From the NCBI GenBank assembly GCA_963809895.1, contig CAWELD010000003.1:3296001-3360000 (forward strand): 64,000 nt of DNA. The letters run 5' to 3'. Below are positions 59,558 to 64,000 of this stretch, piece by piece (within the stretch, counting starts at the first letter, position 1; each line of letters begins with the position of its first letter). The notes under the pieces were generated by a model, which had not been told where the DNA came from, made no database searches, and worked only from the letters and a program-made list of their open reading frames with translations. A program made the translations under genes and the position numbers. Source of the stretch: an uncultured Gemmatimonadales bacterium. GTDB taxonomy: Bacteria; Gemmatimonadota; Gemmatimonadetes; Longimicrobiales; Gaopeijiaceae.

Positions 59558-60499
59558 ATGATGCCACTTCGCCGGCGGGCCGCCGTCTTCCTCGCGCTGT
59601 GCCTGGGGATCCCCTCTCTGGGAATCCCCACATCGCACCTGCGCGCACAGACATCCGACACCATCACCGGCTATTCCGCCGAGGAGTGCCCGCCGTGCGC
59701 GGGCTGGAACACGCCGCAAGCGCCGGTCCACATCTACGGCAACACGTACTGGGTGGGCACGCGGGGTCTGGGGGCCGTCCTCATCACCTCGGAGCAGGGC
59801 CACGTTCTCATCGACGGCGGCCTGCCGGAGTCCGCGCCGCACATCATGGAGAACATCCGGGCCCTCGGCTTCGACATCGCCGACGTGCGCCTGATCCTCA
59901 ATTCCCACGTCCACTACGATCACGCCGGCGGCATCGCGGCGCTCCAGAGAGCGTCGGGTGCCGACGTGGTGGCGAGCCCGCGAAGCGCACCGGTCCTGGA
60001 ACAAGGGACACTGGGTCGAGATGATCCCCAGTTCGGGGTGGGGTTGCCCTATCCGCCCGTGCGGGAGGTCCGGGAGATCGCCGACGGCGACAGATTGCAC
60101 GTGGGCCCGCTGGTGGTCGTGGCCCACTTCACGCCGGGTCACACCCCGGGCGGCACGAGCTGGTCCTGGACGTCGTGTGAGGACGGTGGCTGCCTCGCCC
60201 TCGTCTACGCCGACAGCGAGACGCCTGTGTCGGCCGACGACTTCTTCTATTCGCGGAGCCCCGACTACCCCACCGCTGTCGCCGACTTCCGGCGGGGATT
60301 CCAGGTCCTGGAATCCCTCCGCTGCGACATTCTCCTCACCCCGCACCCGGGCGCCTCGCGGCTGTGGCAGCGGGTGGCTGCCCGGGACGATGGCGACGCG
60401 ACCGCCCTGGTAGACCCGGCCGCGTGCCGCGCCTACGCGGCGGCCGCCCGGCAGCAGCTCGACCGGCGCCTGGAGCGGGAAGCGGAGGGAGGGTCGTAG
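59558..60499 (+). CDS. subclass B3 metallo-beta-lactamase
   Basis: WN.PQ.P..IYGNTYWVGT, SHVHYDHAGG, TPGHTPG, PHP; signal peptide. Confidence 0.92.
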   Translation: MMPLRRRAAVFLALCLGIPSLGIPTSHLRAQTSDTITGYSAEECPPCAGWNTPQAPVHIYGNTYWVGTRGLGAVLITSEQGHVLIDGGLPESAPHIMENIRALGFDIADVRLILNSHVHYDHAGGIAALQRASGADVVASPRSAPVLEQGTLGRDDPQFGVGLPYPPVREVREIADGDRLHVGPLVVVAHFTPGHTPGGTSWSWTSCEDGGCLALVYADSETPVSADDFFYSRSPDYPTAVADFRRGFQVLESLRCDILLTPHPGASRLWQRVAARDDGDATALVDPAACRAYAAAARQQLDRRLEREAEGGS

Positions 60500-60563
60500 C
60501 GCCCCGCCGTCGCCGGTGGCACCTTGATCCAACACGTGGACGCGTTCGAGAACCGGAGGGCTC

Positions 60564-60869
60564 ATGCCCGTGATCTTCCTCTTCGCAATCATCCTGGCCG
60601 TGGTCGTCGGCACCTTCGCGATCCTCGTTCCCCTGGCGCAGCGTCTGGGCGGCGGCGGTGGCGACAGGCTCCGCTCCGGCGATCAACGGGATCGGCTCAC
60701 CGGCGACGTGGTGCGAGCCATGGAGGAGCTACAGGACCGCCTCGAGCTTCTGGAGAAGGAGCAGGACCGACTCAAAGAGCAGCAGGCCTTCATGGAGGCG
60801 CTTCTCGAGAAGAAGCAGCAGCCGGCGCTGGAGCCGGGTGAGGAGGGCGGCGACGAGCCGACGGATTGA
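60564..60869 (+). CDS. small membrane-anchored coiled-coil protein
   Basis: TM then RLELLE..LKEQQAFMEALL. Confidence 0.7.
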   Translation: MPVIFLFAIILAVVVGTFAILVPLAQRLGGGGGDRLRSGDQRDRLTGDVVRAMEELQDRLELLEKEQDRLKEQQAFMEALLEKKQQPALEPGEEGGDEPTD

Positions 60870-60891
60870 ATCCCCGCCGGGGCGGCTCGGT

Positions 60892-61512
60892 CTAAAGAGC
60901 CGCCGAGGTCGGCCTGACCACGAGCCGGAAGAACGGCTTCCTGGTTCCCAGGGGTTCCAGGGTGGCGCCGAGCTCCACTGCCCAACGCGCCGCGATCTGA
61001 CGCTCGCCCGGACGCGCCGCGTCGTCCAGGAGAACCGTGCACCCACGAGCGATGCGTGGGCCCAGGACGGGGACCAGCCCGAAGCGTCCGCCTTTGGTCG
61101 TGCCCGGAGGGCCGTCGCAGATCACCAGGGCGAAACGCTCCGGCAGCCGCCCGAGCGGCGGGTCGTACCAGGCGTACTCCCCGTAATCCCGGAGGGGGCG
61201 CACGACTACCGTGACTCCATCGATGTCCCAGCGCGCGAGCTCCTCTCCGATCCGGGCTCCCCAATCCTCGAGGTGCTCGAGGACCCAGAGATCGATCCCG
61301 CGGCGATCCAACACCGCGCCCACGAGAAGCGTGCTGAGTCCGGATCCGCATTCGAGGACGGGCCCGTCGCAGTCGACCGCGTGCTGGAGGCACGCTGCCA
61401 GATACTCGTCCAGCGCACTCCAGCGCTCGTTCCCCCACCCGTAGACCAGGTCGGCCAGGACGGGATGACCCACCTCCGCACAGGCCTCGGGATCGCGCAG
61501 GAACCGCTTCAT
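60892..61512 (-). CDS. class I SAM-dependent methyltransferase-like protein (start may be upstream)
   Basis: VLECGSGLST, LEH, ICDGPPG..R, VLLDD..R. Confidence 0.8.
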   Translation of the reverse strand: MKRFLRDPEACAEVGHPVLADLVYGWGNERWSALDEYLAACLQHAVDCDGPVLECGSGLSTLLVGAVLDRRGIDLWVLEHLEDWGARIGEELARWDIDGVTVVVRPLRDYGEYAWYDPPLGRLPERFALVICDGPPGTTKGGRFGLVPVLGPRIARGCTVLLDDAARPGERQIAARWAVELGATLEPLGTRKPFFRLVVRPTSAAL

Positions 61513-61789
61513 CGCCCGGCGAAAGACCCATCGGCGGTGGGCCTCGCGAAGGAACGTGCGGACGCGACGTGGGATGAGGTGCGAGCACCGAGGCCTGTCC
61601 GGAGAATTGGTGATCGATGGTGTTTCTTCGGGATAAGCTACGAAGCCGCCCCGGTCGACTTTCCTGGAGGCGGACTCGTATCCTCCACATTCGACATGCA
61701 GCAACCATGCCCCGTATTGATCCGAGCCGAACAGCCGACCACCTGGAGCGATGCCTCGATCCAAAGCCACCTCGCCCTGCAGATCGGCC

Positions 61790-62770
61790 GTGAGCACTGA
61801 AGAACCCCCCGGCCAGATCTGGCCGAGTTGCGAGCCGGTCTTGAAGAGCTGGGTGACCGACACCGCGGAAGTGTTGTCGGCAATCCTCGGCGACGAGGTC
61901 GTGGGTGCCTATCTCCACGGCTCGCTGGCCGCGGGCTCGTACTTTCCGCCCAAGAGCGACGTGGACGTGCTCTTCGTCGTGTCGGCACCCCTACCACCGG
62001 CCCGGAGGAGACGTTTCGCTCGAACATGCGTCGAGTGCTCGCGCGGGCGGCCCACGGTGGGCGGGCTCGAGTGTTCGGTGATCCTCGCCGAGCATGCCCG
62101 GAAGCCTGTTCATCCCATGCCGTTCCAGGTCCATTTCGGGCAGGAGCACACCGATGAGATCCTGTCGGATGCGGTGGATTGGGCCGCGGACCGCACCGAC
62201 CCGGATCTCGCGGCCCACTGTCAGGCCACGCGAGAGATCGGGATCGCGCTGCGTGGCGCGCCGATCTCCGACCTCTTCGGGCGGGTGCCCCTCGCGGACT
62301 TCATGGATGCGGTGGAGGGAGACCTGGAGTGGATCCTCGCCGACACCAACATCGTCACGAGCCCGTTCTACGCGGTGCTCAACTGTTGTCGGGTCCTCTG
62401 GCTCTGGAGCGGGCACTCCCAGCGACTCGTCCCCAGCAAGGAAGAGGCGGGCCTGTGGGCCATGGAACGCCTGCCCGCCGAGCTCGCAGCCGTCGTGAGG
62501 GACGCCCTCGAGGCCTATCGTTCCGATGCGCCCGTCGCCGAGGGCGAGCGGCAGACGGCGGGACGGAAGTGGGACGCGCCGAGCCTGCTGGCCTTCAGGG
62601 ACTACATGCGAGAGCGGAGGGGCGAGGCCGCCTCGGGGGCTTCCCTGTCGCGGCGCTCCATGACTATATGTACGGATGAAGCTGGTGGCGCGCGCGCGGA
62701 GCCGAGCCGACGGGGAGCGTGGCGGAGCCGGTGTGCGAGCGACGTCCGATGGTCGTGGCGGCCGATGTGA
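61790..62770 (+). CDS. AadA-like aminoglycoside adenylyltransferase-domain nucleotidyltransferase (true end probably ~62680)
   Basis: GAYLHGS..G...KSDVD, DPDLAAH, YAVLN.CR, SKEEAG.WA..LP. Confidence 0.82.
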   Translation: MSTEEPPGQIWPSCEPVLKSWVTDTAEVLSAILGDEVVGAYLHGSLAAGSYFPPKSDVDVLFVVSAPLPPARRRRFARTCVECSRGRPTVGGLECSVILAEHARKPVHPMPFQVHFGQEHTDEILSDAVDWAADRTDPDLAAHCQATREIGIALRGAPISDLFGRVPLADFMDAVEGDLEWILADTNIVTSPFYAVLNCCRVLWLWSGHSQRLVPSKEEAGLWAMERLPAELAAVVRDALEAYRSDAPVAEGERQTAGRKWDAPSLLAFRDYMRERRGEAASGASLSRRSMTICTDEAGGARAEPSRRGAWRSRCASDVRWSWRPM

Positions 62771-63389
62771 CCCGCCGCGACGAGGTGCGCGGCATCGTCG
62801 AAAGGGCGCTGGGACGCTTCGGCAGGATGCGACGTCTGGACTGGAACAACGTCGAGCCGGGGCGATGCGACCGCGTCCAGCCGTCGGGAGCTCACCGACG
62901 AGGACGTGCTCGGCAGGTCGATGCAGGCCAACGGTGATGCTCCGCGCGATCTACGTTGGATGCAGGAGCGTCGCTCCGGCGATCACTTCCAGCCAGCGCG
63001 GACGCCGGCACGAGCTGTCATCGAGGACAAGTCTGCGTGCGGGCGCCAGCTTCCTGGGCCGCATCCCCTTCGCCACTTTCCGCTCGGCCTACTGCGGCGC
63101 GAAACACTTCCTCAACGCCCTTACCGCCACCTTCCGCGCCGAAGTCCAGGAGACCCATCCCGAGATCCGCATCTCCCTCGTCTCACCCGGGGTGGTACGC
63201 ACCGAGTTCGGACTCAACGCGCTGCACGGCGGTCCCGACTCCCGCGACCTCCCCTGGTCTCAGAGCGCCGAGGAGGTGGCCGCCGTGATCGCCGATGTCA
63301 TCGAGTCGGGCGAGCCCGACGTGTACACGCGAGAGGGTTCGCAGGAGCGGATCGCGTCGTATTATGCGAGCGTCGGAGTGGATCCGTAG
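62676..63389 (+). pseudogene. SDR oxidoreductase, disrupted
   Basis: ADVTRRDEV..FGR, AYCGAK, SPGVVRTEF fall in different frames; GxxxGxG N-terminus not found. Confidence 0.65.
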
Positions 63390-63414
63390 CGCTCTGAACC
63401 GCAGGGGGAGGGGG

Positions 63415-64000
63415 ATGATGGATGCACGACGCATGGCAGTGAAGGTGGTCGTCGTCTGTTGCGGGATAGTGGCGATGGTGGGGTGCGACGACGGCGGAGC
63501 TCCCGGCGACGGAGAGGCCGGCGAGGCCCTGTGGGGCGACTCGAGCACGCTGGTCGAGGAGATGCGCGTCGGGGGATTGGAGGGTGACGAGGCCCACACC
63601 TTCGGCTACGTCGACGCCCTCGCTCCGGCACCCGACGGTTCGGTGTACGTGGCGGACGGTCAGATCCCCCTGATTCGACACTACGATGTGAACGGGACCT
63701 ACCTGGGCGACATCGGTCGCGCAGGCGAGGGGCCCGGAGAGTACGGGTCCGTGGTCGCGATGGTCGTGGAGCCCGACGGACGCCTCCGGATCTGGGACGC
63801 CCGCAATCAGCGCATCACCACCTACACGCCCGACGGCGCCTACGAGTCGTCCATTCCCGTGCTGAACGCGGTCGGCAGTTGGAGAGGATTCTCCTTCGCT
63901 CCCGACGGCGGCGCGTACGCCTGGACCCGACCCGCCGGCGACCCCTCGGCGCTCGCCGCGGGGGGCTTCGGCGTCGACTGGTCCCGTATCGAGCCCGACG
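63415..64000 (+). CDS. 6-bladed beta-propeller lipoprotein (paralog 15), partial
   Basis: MVGC; LWGDS..APAPDGSVYVADGQ..GDIGRAGEGPGEY; runs off the window. Confidence 0.87.
   Translation, partial: MMDARRMAVKVVVVCCGIVAMVGCDDGGAPGDGEAGEALWGDSSTLVEEMRVGGLEGDEAHTFGYVDALAPAPDGSVYVADGQIPLIRHYDVNGTYLGDIGRAGEGPGEYGSVVAMVVEPDGRLRIWDARNQRITTYTPDGAYESSIPVLNAVGSWRGFSFAPDGGAYAWTRPAGDPSALAAGGFGVDWSRIEPD

Noticed and set aside
1..64000. Classical integron or diversity-generating retroelement
   Set aside because: No intI, attC cores, reverse transcriptase or TR/VR pair seen
1..64000. tRNA, rRNA or riboswitch
   Set aside because: No cloverleaf, T-loop or recognisable aptamer seen by eye; an Rfam scan is needed to exclude them

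Overview
High-GC bacterial DNA. The gene content (Ser/Thr kinase with a TolB-like repeat domain, PadR plus duplicated ABC-permease pairs, many GxGPGE[F/Y] beta-propeller proteins) suggests Gemmatimonadota; this is inference. It is an accessory region of about 75 CDS, all but 8 on the + strand, often joined by ATGA/GTGA/TGATG overlaps. The main feature is 15 divergent secreted or lipoprotein '6-bladed beta-propeller' paralogs plus one orphan last-blade fragment. They are interspersed with cassette-like genes: ABM, VOC, GNAT, NTF2/DUF4440, ClbS/DfsB, a B3 metallo-beta-lactamase, an AadA-like nucleotidyltransferase, VapBC, DUF929+VKOR and a C39-like peptidase. Four intergenic loci hold degenerate palindromic repeats of three unrelated sequence families sharing a ~61 (or 121) bp period; one sits where a permease gene is truncated. 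I saw no tRNA, rRNA, integrase, transposase, reverse transcriptase or cas gene. Many genes carry 1-bp frameshifts that look like long-read consensus errors. All family calls come from recognising motifs by eye; no database search was run.
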